In this document: positions 8,080 through 17,563 of the stretch, in pieces | How the letters are laid out: each line of letters starts with the position of its first letter | Numbering within the stretch: the first letter of the stretch is position 1 | NCBI RefSeq assembly: GCF_000008645.1 | Contig: NC_000916.1 | Location: 1,050,001-1,082,000, forward strand | Reading direction: 5' to 3' | Origin: Methanothermobacter thermautotrophicus str. Delta H | Lineage (GTDB): Archaea; Methanobacteriota; Methanobacteria; Methanobacteriales; Methanothermobacteraceae | Length of the DNA: 32,000 nt | Notes under the pieces: generated by a model | The model's database searches: none | What the model saw: only the letters and a program-made list of their open reading frames with translations | What the model was told of the DNA's origin: nothing | Made by a program: the position numbers and the translations under genes

Positions 8080-8770
8080 AATAGACTCCCTTATCGAATT
8101 GATGGATAGGGTTGCCCCCCCTGAACTTGCCCTCCCGGGTGACCGGATAGGATACCATGGCCCTGAAATCGAGGTTGAAGCTGTCCTCGTCCTCATGGAT
8201 TACCTTGAGGATGTCGCTGTGGATGGCTACGACCTCCTGGTCCTCCACCACCCCCCTGAGGTTGAACCCCCCATCCCCTACCTCACAGTCCACTCCAACT
8301 GGGACGTTGCCGATGGAGGTGCCTGTGACGCCCTGGCAGATGCCCTGGGACTGGATGTTGAATCATTCCTTGACCCTGATACAGGTGTCGACCGCATATG
8401 TAGGGCTGATCTATCCCTTGAAGAGCTCCTCGAAAGAACAGGGGTTCTTAATCCTGAGACCCTGCGGGTTGTTAATCCCCGTGAATACGTGGACAGGGTC
8501 GCTGTGGTTTCTGGCTTTGGACTCTCAGATAAATCACTCATAATGAGGGCCTGGAGTGAGGGTGTATCGGCGTACCTTTCAGGTGACCTCACCCATGGAC
8601 CCGCCATCCTCGGGAGGAACATGGACCTGACACTCATAGATGCAGGTCACCATGCGACCGAGATGCCCGGTCTCCACAGACTCCGTGAGGTCATTGAGGA
8701 TTTCGGGGTCATGGCGGAACTCCTGGATACTGGCACCCCCTGGAGTGAGTACAGGGCCGCCTACATTTAG
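8066..8770 (+). CDS. hcgD: HcgD, NIF3-family iron-binding protein of FeGP cofactor biosynthesis
   Basis: The NIF3-type LLVLHHPP metal motif near the N-terminus and the DAGHHATE motif near the C-terminus are both present. The GTG start overlaps the end of hcgC by 14 nt. Confidence 0.85.
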   Translation: MITIRIDSLIELMDRVAPPELALPGDRIGYHGPEIEVEAVLVLMDYLEDVAVDGYDLLVLHHPPEVEPPIPYLTVHSNWDVADGGACDALADALGLDVESFLDPDTGVDRICRADLSLEELLERTGVLNPETLRVVNPREYVDRVAVVSGFGLSDKSLIMRAWSEGVSAYLSGDLTHGPAILGRNMDLTLIDAGHHATEMPGLHRLREVIEDFGVMAELLDTGTPWSEYRAAYI

Positions 8771-8808
8771 GTACATGGAACGCATGAACTTAAGGGAAAG
8801 AGCAGAAA

Positions 8809-9462
8809 ATGGCGGTGATATTATTGGAGATCTCTGAACTTGAAGGGAAAAAGGCCCCCCGTGGTGAGGTAACCCTCGTTGGTGCCGGCAGGCTGGGGCT
8901 TCGAACAGCCCTCAACCTCATGCAGATACACAGGGGAGGCCCCGAGAGGATAAATGTGATTGATGGTCAGCGTGTATCTGCCGATGACCTCATATTCCGC
9001 CTCATGGGTGCCACGCCCGGGGAGTACAAGGTGAAGTTCATTGAATCACTTGCAACCCCTGGCTTCTCAAGGACGGTGAGGGGCATCCCCGAGTACATAG
9101 ACCGGGACAACCTCCACCTCCTCAGGGGAGATGTTGTCTGTGTTGAGATTGCAGGTGGTGATACCCTGCCTGTGACTGCAGAGATAATAAAGTACGCCCA
9201 GAAAAGGGGTTCCGCCACCATCAGCACCATGGGAGTTTTCGGGATAGGTGAGGAGGAGGTGAATGCCATCAGTATAGAGGAGGCTGATCCCGGGAACCCC
9301 ATAGTGGAGTACCTCCTTGATGAGGGCGTCACTGACCACCTGCTTGTAGGGACCGGGAAACTGATAAGGGACTGGGAGCCAGTAACCCCGTACGTCCTTG
9401 ACCGTGTATCGGAGGTTATGACTGCAGAGATACTCAAACTCCTCAGGAGGAAACTCGGATGA
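8809..9462 (+). CDS. hcgE: HcgE, E1/ThiF-like adenylyltransferase of FeGP cofactor biosynthesis
   Basis: It carries a ThiF/MoeB-type nucleotide loop (VTLVGAGRLGLRTALNL) and fits the synteny. Confidence 0.85.
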   Translation: MAVILLEISELEGKKAPRGEVTLVGAGRLGLRTALNLMQIHRGGPERINVIDGQRVSADDLIFRLMGATPGEYKVKFIESLATPGFSRTVRGIPEYIDRDNLHLLRGDVVCVEIAGGDTLPVTAEIIKYAQKRGSATISTMGVFGIGEEEVNAISIEEADPGNPIVEYLLDEGVTDHLLVGTGKLIRDWEPVTPYVLDRVSEVMTAEILKLLRRKLG

Positions 9463-9932
9463 TAAGGGTTGCGACTGCTGAGTGCTTCACCCATGGATTC
9501 GTTGCAAGGGAGATACACGCCTACTCCATGGGCTACCCTGGAGGCTACAGCTGGAGTGTGGACTCAGATGTGGTGCTGGTGGCAGGTCTCTTCATACCAA
9601 CCCTCTCAGGTATAAGGAGCATCCTCAAATTTGAACCCCCTGAACCCTCAGCCACCCTGAATGACATCAAGGTCTACACTGAAGAGGAGGATGAGAGGGT
9701 GGCCCTCATGATGGCAAGATCCGTGAGGGAGCTCACCTCAGCAGATCTGGGTATAGGTACGACCGCAGGTATCGGAAGGGGCGGCATTGCAGTTGTCTCA
9801 GAAAACAGGGAGGAGGTCATAAACTCCGATGTTGAAGCGGACCTCAGGTTCTCAGGGGCTGAAGAGATCCTCATGAGACAGAGATCCGGTATACGGTGCG
9901 CACTTGAACTCCTTGAATCCTTCCTAGAATAG
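9459..9932 (+). CDS. hcgF: HcgF, thioester-forming enzyme of FeGP cofactor biosynthesis
   Basis: There is a 4-nt ATGA overlap with hcgE. The N-terminus MIRVATAEC places a Cys at position 9, the residue reported as the catalytic thioester-forming Cys of HcgF. Confidence 0.85.
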   Translation: MIRVATAECFTHGFVAREIHAYSMGYPGGYSWSVDSDVVLVAGLFIPTLSGIRSILKFEPPEPSATLNDIKVYTEEEDERVALMMARSVRELTSADLGIGTTAGIGRGGIAVVSENREEVINSDVEADLRFSGAEEILMRQRSGIRCALELLESFLE

Positions 9933-10004
9933 GATTGGCATAGGAATCTATTTATTGTATCCTACGAATAATTTATTAAAAGGAAGAAATAGGTGGTGGT
10001 TTAA

Positions 10005-10760
10005 CTGCTTCTTGAAATAACCGACCTTGCGGTTGAGGTTAGCGGAAAACAGGTCCTCAAGGACATAGACCTCTACATCGATAGGGGAGAGACACATGTC
10101 CTTCTCGGACCCAACGGTTCAGGTAAGAGCACCCTCTTCATGACGATTCTGGGTTTTCCAAAGTACAGGGTTACAAATGGTCAGATAATCTTCAAGGGTG
10201 AGGATATAACCGATCTGAGCACAACAGAGCGTGTGAGGATGGGTATAGGTGTCAGCTTCCAGAACCCCCCAGCAATAAGGGGTGTGAAGCTCATGGACCT
10301 CCTCAAGGTTGAATCTGGTCTGGAAACAGAGGACGAACTGACACCCGAGCTGCGGGGACTTGCAGCCAAGATGAAGTTCGATGAGAGCTTCCTTGAGAGG
10401 GATGTGAACCTTGGATTCTCAGGTGGTGAGGTTAAGAGATCCGAGATCCTCCAGTTACTGGCCCAGAAACCTGACTTCATAATGTTCGATGAACCGGATT
10501 CCGGTGTTGACATTGAGAATGTGGAGCTCCTGGCGGAGGAGATCAACGTGCTCCTTGACAAGGACAAGAAACCTGGTCTGAGGAAGAAGGCAGGGCTCCT
10601 AATAACCCACCTGGGATACATACTGAACTTTGTAAGCGCCGATACCGCCCATGTGCTCATGGATGGCAGGATAGCATGTTCAGGGAATCCACAGGAGATA
10701 ATTGAGGATATAAGGAAGGATGGATTCAAGGGGTGTGTTGAATGCTGCGGGATACACTGA
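10005..10760 (+). CDS. sufC: SufC-type Fe-S assembly ABC ATPase; the start codon is non-canonical or unresolved
   Basis: Walker A (GPNGSGKST), the ABC signature (FSGGE) and Walker B (IMFDEPDSGVD) are all present. The homologous N-terminus LLLEITDLAVEVSGKQVLKDIDL and Walker A lie upstream of the first in-frame ATG (10140). The frame opens right after an in-frame TAA at 10002-10004. An AGGTGGTG Shine-Dalgarno site is at 9991-9998. Confidence 0.8.
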   Translation: MLLEITDLAVEVSGKQVLKDIDLYIDRGETHVLLGPNGSGKSTLFMTILGFPKYRVTNGQIIFKGEDITDLSTTERVRMGIGVSFQNPPAIRGVKLMDLLKVESGLETEDELTPELRGLAAKMKFDESFLERDVNLGFSGGEVKRSEILQLLAQKPDFIMFDEPDSGVDIENVELLAEEINVLLDKDKKPGLRKKAGLLITHLGYILNFVSADTAHVLMDGRIACSGNPQEIIEDIRKDGFKGCVECCGIH

Positions 10761-11974
10761 AGAAGGCTGAGAAGGCCAGGGAAAAGAAGGCCCTCTACGG
10801 TGAGGACATCGACCTTGAAAAATTCATAAAGGAGGAAGCCGGTGAACACGAGGAGGTGACGAGGGCCAAGGAGGTCCCCAAGGAGGTCCAGGAGACACTC
10901 CTGAGGGTCGGTGTTGACCCTGAGGAGAGGGAAAGGGCAGGTACCTTCATACAGGTTGATCAGTCAGGCATCTGCACAACCTGCGCCTCCGAGTCAATAG
11001 AAATCATGGGAATGAATGTCGCCCTCGATAAGTACAGCTGGCTGAAGGATTACATGTGGAAGGCAGTTGCCGTTGACACCGACAAGTACACCGCCACCAC
11101 AGCCCTCAGGGAGGCTGAGGGTGAAATGGGTGGTTACTTCATAAGGTCAAAGCCGGGTGCACGTGAGGTGTTCCCCCTACAGGCCTGTATGTTCATAGGT
11201 GATGAGAGGGTTATGCAGACAGCCCATAACATCGTAATAGCTGAGGAGAACTCTGAACTTCACATAATCACAGGCTGTGCAACAGGAGAGGATGTGAGCT
11301 CAGCCCTCCATGTGGGTGTATCCGAGTTCTACCTCAAGAAGGGTGCCAGGATAACCTTCACCATGGTCCACAACTGGGCAGAGCAGGTTGAGGTGCGCCC
11401 CAGGACCGGTATAATGGTTGGTGATGACGCCACCTACATAAACAACTACATACTGACAAGCCCCGTGAAGAGCATCCAGTCCTATCCAACAGCCTACTGT
11501 ACCGGTGAGAACTCAAGGGTCGTCTTCCAGTCCATCCTTGGTGGTCAGAAGGACTCTGTGCTTGACATGGGCTCAAGGGTCATACTTGAGGGCAGGGGAT
11601 CCAGTGCCGAGATGGTCTCACGTGCTGTCTCCAAGGACTCATCACAGATATATTCAAGGGGTCACCTTGCGGGGCGGGTCCCTGAGGTTAAGGGTCACCT
11701 TGAATGCCACGGTCTTGTGCTCTCAGATGACTCAATGATATACGCTGTCCCTGAACTTGAGGGTAGCGCCACTGAACTCGAGATGTCCCATGAGGCCGCT
11801 GTCGGTAAGATAGCCGAGGAGGAGGTCATGTACCTCACCTCAAGGGGTCTTACCGAGGAGGAGGCAGCATCCATGATTGTGAGGGGCTTCCTGAGTATGG
11901 ATATAACCGGCCTTCCACCCGAACTTGCGGCTGAAACCAAGAGAATGCTGGATATGAGCCTCAAGGGCATGTAA
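10742..11974 (+). CDS. sufB: SufB/SufD-family Fe-S cluster assembly scaffold
   Basis: The 410-aa product overlaps sufC by 19 nt. It has a beta-helix-like repetitive core and a conserved C-terminal region (EAAVGKIAEEEVMYLTSRGLTEEEA) typical of SufB/D. Confidence 0.85.
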   Translation: MLRDTLKKAEKAREKKALYGEDIDLEKFIKEEAGEHEEVTRAKEVPKEVQETLLRVGVDPEERERAGTFIQVDQSGICTTCASESIEIMGMNVALDKYSWLKDYMWKAVAVDTDKYTATTALREAEGEMGGYFIRSKPGAREVFPLQACMFIGDERVMQTAHNIVIAEENSELHIITGCATGEDVSSALHVGVSEFYLKKGARITFTMVHNWAEQVEVRPRTGIMVGDDATYINNYILTSPVKSIQSYPTAYCTGENSRVVFQSILGGQKDSVLDMGSRVILEGRGSSAEMVSRAVSKDSSQIYSRGHLAGRVPEVKGHLECHGLVLSDDSMIYAVPELEGSATELEMSHEAAVGKIAEEEVMYLTSRGLTEEEAASMIVRGFLSMDITGLPPELAAETKRMLDMSLKGM

Positions 11975-11984
11975 ATCCAGCGAA

Positions 11985-11997
11985 TTTTTTTATTTTT
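11985..11997 (+). terminator. Oligo-T tract after sufB (TTTTTTTATTTTT)
   Basis: T7-A-T5 begins 11 nt after the stop. The region is convergent with the end of the PRC-barrel gene. Confidence 0.4.
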
Positions 11998-12087
11998 GGG
12001 TAATCCTGGAACTTCTTTAACTGAAAGAAAGTACAAGCCTCTACTCTGAGGATATAACCCGGAAAGGATAATTAGAGGAAAAAATAG

Positions 12088-12363
12088 TTATTCTGCGATT
12101 ATTATGAATTCACCGACCTTTTCAACCTTCCCGAATGGTACCAGGAGGTAGTCGCCCTTCTTCTTGGCCCCCTTGACTGTCACGTTTCTACCGCTGTCCA
12201 CCTTGATAACCACGTCGGTTATCTTACCTGTTTTATCGTTGATTATGAGTTCTTCAAGCTCCCCCAGGATGCGTGCATTGTTGGTGGCGACCTGGTATCC
12301 CTTTATCTCACTCCAGTACTTCTCTTCCCCTTTTATGAGCTTCTTCTCTTCCATCAATCTCAC
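12088..12363 (-). CDS. PRC-barrel domain protein
   Basis: The 91-aa product has a pattern typical of small archaeal PRC-barrel proteins: KGYQVATNNARILGELEELIINDKTGKITDVVIKVD...LVPFGKVEKVGEFIII. The start may be M4 (12354). Confidence 0.7.
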   Translation of the reverse strand: MRLMEEKKLIKGEEKYWSEIKGYQVATNNARILGELEELIINDKTGKITDVVIKVDSGRNVTVKGAKKKGDYLLVPFGKVEKVGEFIIIAE

Positions 12364-12949
12364 CTAAAATCTTCTCCAGAACCTTCAAATCCCTGCAGCT
12401 ATTTATGTTAACCGCGAGCTCCAGCATGGAAGCCTCAAGGATCCTCTGTTCTTGTACTCTGTTTTTACTCATTAATATATTTACCCCGCAGGGTACTAAT
12501 CCATCCAGGGACCCTGAAAAATCAAGTCCATGCCTTCTGCACAGGTCATCTGGTACTGCGACACACATGGCAGGTTCCGGGCATGAATGGTAGCTGGATA
12601 TTATCCAGTCAATGGTTGATGGCCTCACAAGTGGGAGGTCAGAGTTGATGACAAGGAGGGGCTCATGGTATGATTCCTCAAGGTGTGAGAGAACCTCCCT
12701 GAGATCCTCCACATAACCTCCGCCCGATGCTCTGAATATGGGGTGTCTTCCCCTAACATGATCCTCTGTCATGGGGGTGTGTGGGCTTGTTACCACGATT
12801 ATCCCATCAACACCGGTGGCAGACTCCAGGGCCTCGAGGACATGGTCTATCATGGGTCGTCCTGCTACCTCAAGGAGGGGCTTTTCACAGTCGATAGCTA
12901 GCCTTGTGCCCCTTCCACCGGCCATTACAAGTGCCATCATCCTATTCAA
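12308..12949 (-). CDS. cobY: MobA-like nucleotidyltransferase, probable adenosylcobinamide-phosphate guanylyltransferase (archaeal CobY type)
   Basis: The N-terminal LVMAGGRGTRL...KPLL loop belongs to the MobA/CobY NTP-transferase fold. I recall the CobY activity being assigned to the gene at this genomic position in M. thermautotrophicus. Its 3' end overlaps the PRC-barrel ORF by about 47-56 nt. Confidence 0.65.
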   Translation of the reverse strand: MNRMMALVMAGGRGTRLAIDCEKPLLEVAGRPMIDHVLEALESATGVDGIIVVTSPHTPMTEDHVRGRHPIFRASGGGYVEDLREVLSHLEESYHEPLLVINSDLPLVRPSTIDWIISSYHSCPEPAMCVAVPDDLCRRHGLDFSGSLDGLVPCGVNILMSKNRVQEQRILEASMLELAVNINSCRDLKVLEKILGEIDGREEAHKRGREVLE

Positions 12950-14426
12950 TCCATTTATCTTCCTTTCTTGACTGCAACTTTCTCCTCATTCCGAGGATGC
13001 ACGGGCCGTTCTGCCTTCCTCCCAGGGGCTTGTGGGGTGTCCCCATGGAGTTCATGCACCTTGCCATGACCGCTGCACCCATGGCCAGGGCATCTGAGAC
13101 AAATATACAGTCCCTGAAGCGGTCCTTCACATATTCAAGTATTAGACTGGGCTTTGTGCCTGTGATTCCGGCCCTGCCTGTGACACCGAGGACCGAACCC
13201 TCCTCAATGACACCCTCCTCGAAGGCCTCATCTATGAGCCTCTTTGCTATGAGTGCGCTGACATGGTCCAGTGTTGCAAAGAGGGTGTGTATACCATCCT
13301 CCTGGTATATGCTGTGGCCGATTTCTGTTAGTTCAGGGAGCTTATCACCATTTTTACCTGCGTCACATCCTATGAGTGTGGTGCCTGCGCTGTAGGCGGC
13401 CTCTGTATCCACGGGGACCGTTCCGAATCTTTTTCTGTTTGCAGGGACCTTCCGGATGTCGATTATTTCATCATGTATCCTCTCGGCATGCCTCCTGGCC
13501 TTCTTCCAGTTGGCCCCCTTGAGGATGGATTTCTTGTAGAGGTCAAGTGCTGCTCCGCCCCTGCAGTCCACCATCTCGGTACCCCTGATTATGGCGTCCG
13601 GTATTGCGCCTGCAAGTCCGCAGAAGTTCCCGACGGTCCTTGCGTAGGGTTCATCCGCATTGACTATTCGGCCTGCCAGGGTTGTTCCAAAGTCCAGGGA
13701 GACGCAGGGGTTCCTGTAGTCCACATTTGTCCACTTTGAACCGACCTTGATGCCTGCTGTTACAAGTTCTCCCTCCATCTCGTTTGCAACAACCTCCCTG
13801 CCCGTCGGAGGTATAACGCTTGCCACTGCACCGTCGAATATTACACGGTCGAGGTAGCAGAATTCTCTGAGGCGTTCGGGGATGTTTTCCTTTGAGAGGG
13901 CGGGCGCCATCTTCCTGGGGGGTATACCTGCTGCAAGGCAGCCGTCTGCCAGGGCTATTATGAGTTTACCCACCTCCTCGGGTGACCCGAAACCTGCTGT
14001 TACACCGGTGGATCTTACAACAAAGTCGAGGTCCCTTTCAATGTCAACCTTCGCCCTTCTGAGGGATTCAAGTATCGTGTCTCTTACGAGTTCAGAGACA
14101 GCCTCCTTTGTGAGCTCAACACCCCAGACTGTCTTGCCAAAGACCTCCTCTCTCTCCCGTGGGGGTCTTATGTCACGGGTCATCTTGACGGTCTTGTCAA
14201 GGAGGTAGGTCCTGCTGGTGTTGAGGTTGGTGGCTGTGAGAATGCACTTTGTTGTTGTGTTGCCGAGCTCCACTGAGGCAACAATGTAGTATACATCCGG
14301 GCGCATTGAGTAACCTGACCCCACCGTCTTCTTGGTAAAGGGTGCTGTTTTAGTATCCTCTATTGTTATGAATCTGCTTTTTGCTATAATGGGCTTGGGA
14401 CCGAATAATCTGCTCAAAAATGACAA
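12942..14426 (-). CDS. Conserved methanogen protein with an actin/Hsp70-like (ASKHA) ATPase fold signature; candidate HcgG, unconfirmed
   Basis: Phosphate-1-like VELGNTTTK and phosphate-2-like LDFGTTLAGR motifs are present, with C-terminal GVTGRAGITG and SDALAMGAAV segments. The track start (GTG 14531) lies in AT-rich promoter-like DNA. I prefer TTG 14426, preceded by GGGGGT (6-nt spacing) and a TTTATATT box at 14470-14477. ATG 14306 is an alternative start. Confidence 0.7.
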   Translation of the reverse strand: MSFLSRLFGPKPIIAKSRFITIEDTKTAPFTKKTVGSGYSMRPDVYYIVASVELGNTTTKCILTATNLNTSRTYLLDKTVKMTRDIRPPREREEVFGKTVWGVELTKEAVSELVRDTILESLRRAKVDIERDLDFVVRSTGVTAGFGSPEEVGKLIIALADGCLAAGIPPRKMAPALSKENIPERLREFCYLDRVIFDGAVASVIPPTGREVVANEMEGELVTAGIKVGSKWTNVDYRNPCVSLDFGTTLAGRIVNADEPYARTVGNFCGLAGAIPDAIIRGTEMVDCRGGAALDLYKKSILKGANWKKARRHAERIHDEIIDIRKVPANRKRFGTVPVDTEAAYSAGTTLIGCDAGKNGDKLPELTEIGHSIYQEDGIHTLFATLDHVSALIAKRLIDEAFEEGVIEEGSVLGVTGRAGITGTKPSLILEYVKDRFRDCIFVSDALAMGAAVMARCMNSMGTPHKPLGGRQNGPCILGMRRKLQSRKEDKWIE

Positions 14427-14469
14427 ATGATTACCCCCTGATTTAATGTAATATTGTATCTGGGGAGTT

Positions 14470-14477
14470 AATATAAA
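14470..14477 (-). promoter_or_regulatory. TATA box (TTTATATT on the minus strand) for the ASKHA-like/cobY/PRC-barrel operon
   Basis: Plus-strand 'aatataaa' lies 44 nt upstream of the proposed TTG start. Confidence 0.4.
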
Positions 14478-14562
14478 TCTTATGAATAGGGTCAGATGAA
14501 AAAGAATAAAAGGTTTAAAGGGGATCTTCACCCGAGAAAGTCTGGTGGGTGAGGGTTTGTTG

Positions 14563-14994
14563 TTAGACTGTCCTCACCAGGTGAATTGTGCAGGGTGCGT
14601 AGTGTACCACCTTCTCTGATACACTTCCAAGGAGGTGTTTGTCAACCAGGCTCTTACCTGTACCCATCACTATGACGTCGACATCCTCCTCCTCTGCAAC
14701 TTTAACTATCTCATCTGCAGGGTCACCCTCACGCATAACGGCCCTGAAACTGACATTGGGGTTTTCTGGGCCTGTTAGTCCCTTTTCCATGTCCCTCAGT
14801 ATCTCATTACCCCTCTGGGTCAGCTCCTTAACCATCATCTCCTTGACTTTCTTGGGTGTGAGGAATGGTACCGCCGTGTCAACCACGTATAGACATATGA
14901 CCTCTGCTTCCCTCCCATGGAGGAGGTCGAGGGTGTGCTCTATGAGTTCATCCATGTATTCTCCCATTGTTGGAACCAGAATTTTCCTGTACAT
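14563..14994 (-). CDS. Universal stress protein (UspA family)
   Basis: MYRKILVPT...VICLYVVD...[36 protein letters not shown] carries the USP ATP-binding G-x2-G-x9-G-S motif. The track start at GTG 15003 (a GTGA overlap with the upstream stop) is an alternative. Confidence 0.85.
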   Translation of the reverse strand: MYRKILVPTMGEYMDELIEHTLDLLHGREAEVICLYVVDTAVPFLTPKKVKEMMVKELTQRGNEILRDMEKGLTGPENPNVSFRAVMREGDPADEIVKVAEEEDVDVIVMGTGKSLVDKHLLGSVSEKVVHYAPCTIHLVRTV

Positions 14995-14999
14995 TTCAA

Positions 15000-15992
15000 T
15001 CACGCCAGTACAAAAAGTCTCATAATAACATATGATATGTACACTGCAAGTAAAACTATGCCGCCAGTCCTCTTAAGTTTCATGTCCCCTTGCCTTATAA
15101 GGAGGACAAGGAGCACAGTGACAAGTATCATCACCGGTGCATCAAAGGTGAGGGACAGTCTCTCGACGGGTACAGGTGCTATGAGGGCCGGTACACCTAT
15201 GCCCACAAGTATGTTGAAGGTGTTGCTTCCAAGGACTGTGCCTATTGAGAGTTCATGGAGTCCCTTCACCGCAGATGACAGTGTGACCACGAGTTCCGGT
15301 ATACTGGTGCCTATGGCCAGTGTGAAGAGTCCCATTATCATGGCAGGTATTCCTGCGATGTCTGCCAGTTCAACTCCGGTGTACACAAGTATCCGGCAGC
15401 CTATAACAAGACCTGCAAATCCCACGACTGTGAGGGCAAGCTTTTTTAGGTCAAGGGGTTCTCTTTCATTTTTACCTGAATTTTCATCTGAATAGGTCTT
15501 CTGGGCCTTTATGAGGCGCCAGAGATAAACAGCATAGGTTAGGACCATTACAAGTGCTGCAATTTTACCTATATTTCCGAAGAACATGAAAAATAGAAGA
15601 ATCAGACCCGTTACAAGGGTTGCGCTGAAATCCCTCTTAAGACCGTCGGCGTTGGTCTCTATGATCCCAGCCACCACAGAGGATATCCCCAGGATCCCTG
15701 CAATGTTCCATATGTTTGAGCCTATAACACATCCCACCCCTATATCTGTACTCCCGGACAGGGATGCTATGAGGGCTGAACCGAATTCAGGGAGGGATGT
15801 CCCGATGGCAGATGCAGTAACACCGAGTATGACCTCAGATATCCCCAGGGAGGATCCAAGGTCAACCAGGTTATCAACGAATAGATCCGCAGATTTTATA
15901 ACCAGTATCAAGGAGGCCACAAGGCCCACTATGAGAATCAATACCCTTTCAAGCAAGTTATCACCACTGAAGAATTTCTTCAATACCCTCAA
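15000..15992 (-). CDS. Na+/Ca2+ exchanger (CaCA family, YrbG/NCX-like)
   Basis: It is a polytopic membrane protein with two alpha-repeat signatures, GTSLPE and GTSIPE. The start is TTG; no ATG is available near the N-terminus. Confidence 0.85.
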   Translation of the reverse strand: MRVLKKFFSGDNLLERVLILIVGLVASLILVIKSADLFVDNLVDLGSSLGISEVILGVTASAIGTSLPEFGSALIASLSGSTDIGVGCVIGSNIWNIAGILGISSVVAGIIETNADGLKRDFSATLVTGLILLFFMFFGNIGKIAALVMVLTYAVYLWRLIKAQKTYSDENSGKNEREPLDLKKLALTVVGFAGLVIGCRILVYTGVELADIAGIPAMIMGLFTLAIGTSIPELVVTLSSAVKGLHELSIGTVLGSNTFNILVGIGVPALIAPVPVERLSLTFDAPVMILVTVLLVLLIRQGDMKLKRTGGIVLLAVYISYVIMRLFVLA

Positions 15993-16109
15993 GACCAGTA
16001 TAATAATTGAATACTGGCACTTAAAAGTTTGTGTCGGAAATATGTTGCCGTTTTCTTGTATTTAAAGATTGTTATAATAAAAATGAACATTTTAGTATTA
16101 AAGATGTTG

Positions 16110-16117
16110 AAAAAAAA
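16110..16117 (-). terminator. Oligo-T (T8 on the minus strand) downstream of mtrH
   Basis: Plus-strand A8 lies 20 nt beyond the mtrH stop. Confidence 0.4.
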
Positions 16118-16136
16118 TTAAATGGTTTAACTGCTC

Positions 16137-17069
16137 CTAGAGCAGTTTGAAGAATGGGTGATCTTCCACTGGCTCTGTGCCTATGTCCTTGGCTGCTTCA
16201 CTTATGAATATGTCAGCCATTGCACAGGCAGGGAAGGCCATTTTGGCGTTTTCTATTGGACCGTAGAGGACGAAGTCACCACCGGCCATCTGCTGGATCA
16301 GGTTGGATCCAACGTCACAGACAGGCCAGGCCTCCTTGTGGTCCTTCTTGTATTCACGTAGCCAGTCCCAGGCTGATGGCACGTTGTGTATACCACTACC
16401 AACAGGGTAACCCCATTTGCTCTTGACTGCAAAGGATGTCCTCACAGCCACACCGGCACCCTGACCGAGTGGTGTTACAGCCACGTCCATGAGGTACTTG
16501 TCGATACCACACTCAGCAGCCATTTCAAGAAGACCCTTGTCTATTGTGCCTGCACCGTCTTCCCAGATTCCAATCTTACCATCAACTGTGGGGTCCATTG
16601 GGTTGAATCCGAGGACAATTGAAGCTGAGAGTTTTGTTTCCTTGAGAGCCTCAAGTTCTGCCTCATCAGCGGCCATGTTGACTGAGTTGTAGATTGCCCT
16701 GTCCTCAAGTCCAACTTCACTGGCGTAGTTGGCACCTGCAATCCTTGCCTCACCGGATGTTGAGTCTATGAAGAATGGTGCGTCTGTCACATCACCCACA
16801 AATTCAAGATACTTGACAATTGCTTCTGGTGTCTGACCGAAGGTCTGGACGATGTGCGGGTTACCTGTGACATCAGACATCTCTTCCTGGGTCTTTATGA
16901 GGGCTTCTGCCTTGTCCTTGTCAAAGACACCTGCCTTCTCATCCTCGATGATGCTGTGTCCACCATAGAATATTGTTCCTGCTAAAACAGTTGGGTACTC
17001 TCCTGGCTGACCACCAATTTTGGTTCCAGCTATATCCAGTACGATCTGTTCCTTATCAAACCTAAACAT
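16137..17069 (-). CDS. mtrH: Methyl-H4MPT:coenzyme M methyltransferase subunit H
   Basis: The 310-aa product starts MFRFDKEQIVLDIAGTKIGGQPGEYPTVL. It is the last gene of the mtrEDCBAFGH order. Confidence 0.95.
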   Translation of the reverse strand: MFRFDKEQIVLDIAGTKIGGQPGEYPTVLAGTIFYGGHSIIEDEKAGVFDKDKAEALIKTQEEMSDVTGNPHIVQTFGQTPEAIVKYLEFVGDVTDAPFFIDSTSGEARIAGANYASEVGLEDRAIYNSVNMAADEAELEALKETKLSASIVLGFNPMDPTVDGKIGIWEDGAGTIDKGLLEMAAECGIDKYLMDVAVTPLGQGAGVAVRTSFAVKSKWGYPVGSGIHNVPSAWDWLREYKKDHKEAWPVCDVGSNLIQQMAGGDFVLYGPIENAKMAFPACAMADIFISEAAKDIGTEPVEDHPFFKLL

Positions 17070-17084
17070 ATGTAAACCTCCAAG

Positions 17085-17551
<467 letters not shown>

Positions 17552-17563
17552 CTGGAAGCCTCC

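Noticed and set aside
10181-10849. Long antisense ORFs opposite recognised genes (for example 10181..10849 -, 8967..9518 -, 15586..16065 +, 18408..18944 +, 25039..25938 +, 2530..3165 +, 14917..15495 +)
   Set aside because: Each lies fully inside a confidently identified conserved gene on the other strand. Each has Ser/Arg/Pro-rich composition typical of antisense frames in roughly 50% GC coding DNA and lacks a ribosome binding site.
12308-12363. The 47-56 nt overlap between the cobY-like gene and the PRC-barrel gene as evidence of a frameshift or fusion
   Set aside because: Both frames are intact with plausible termini, and overlaps of this size occur in compact archaeal operons. It is only noted within the operon finding.
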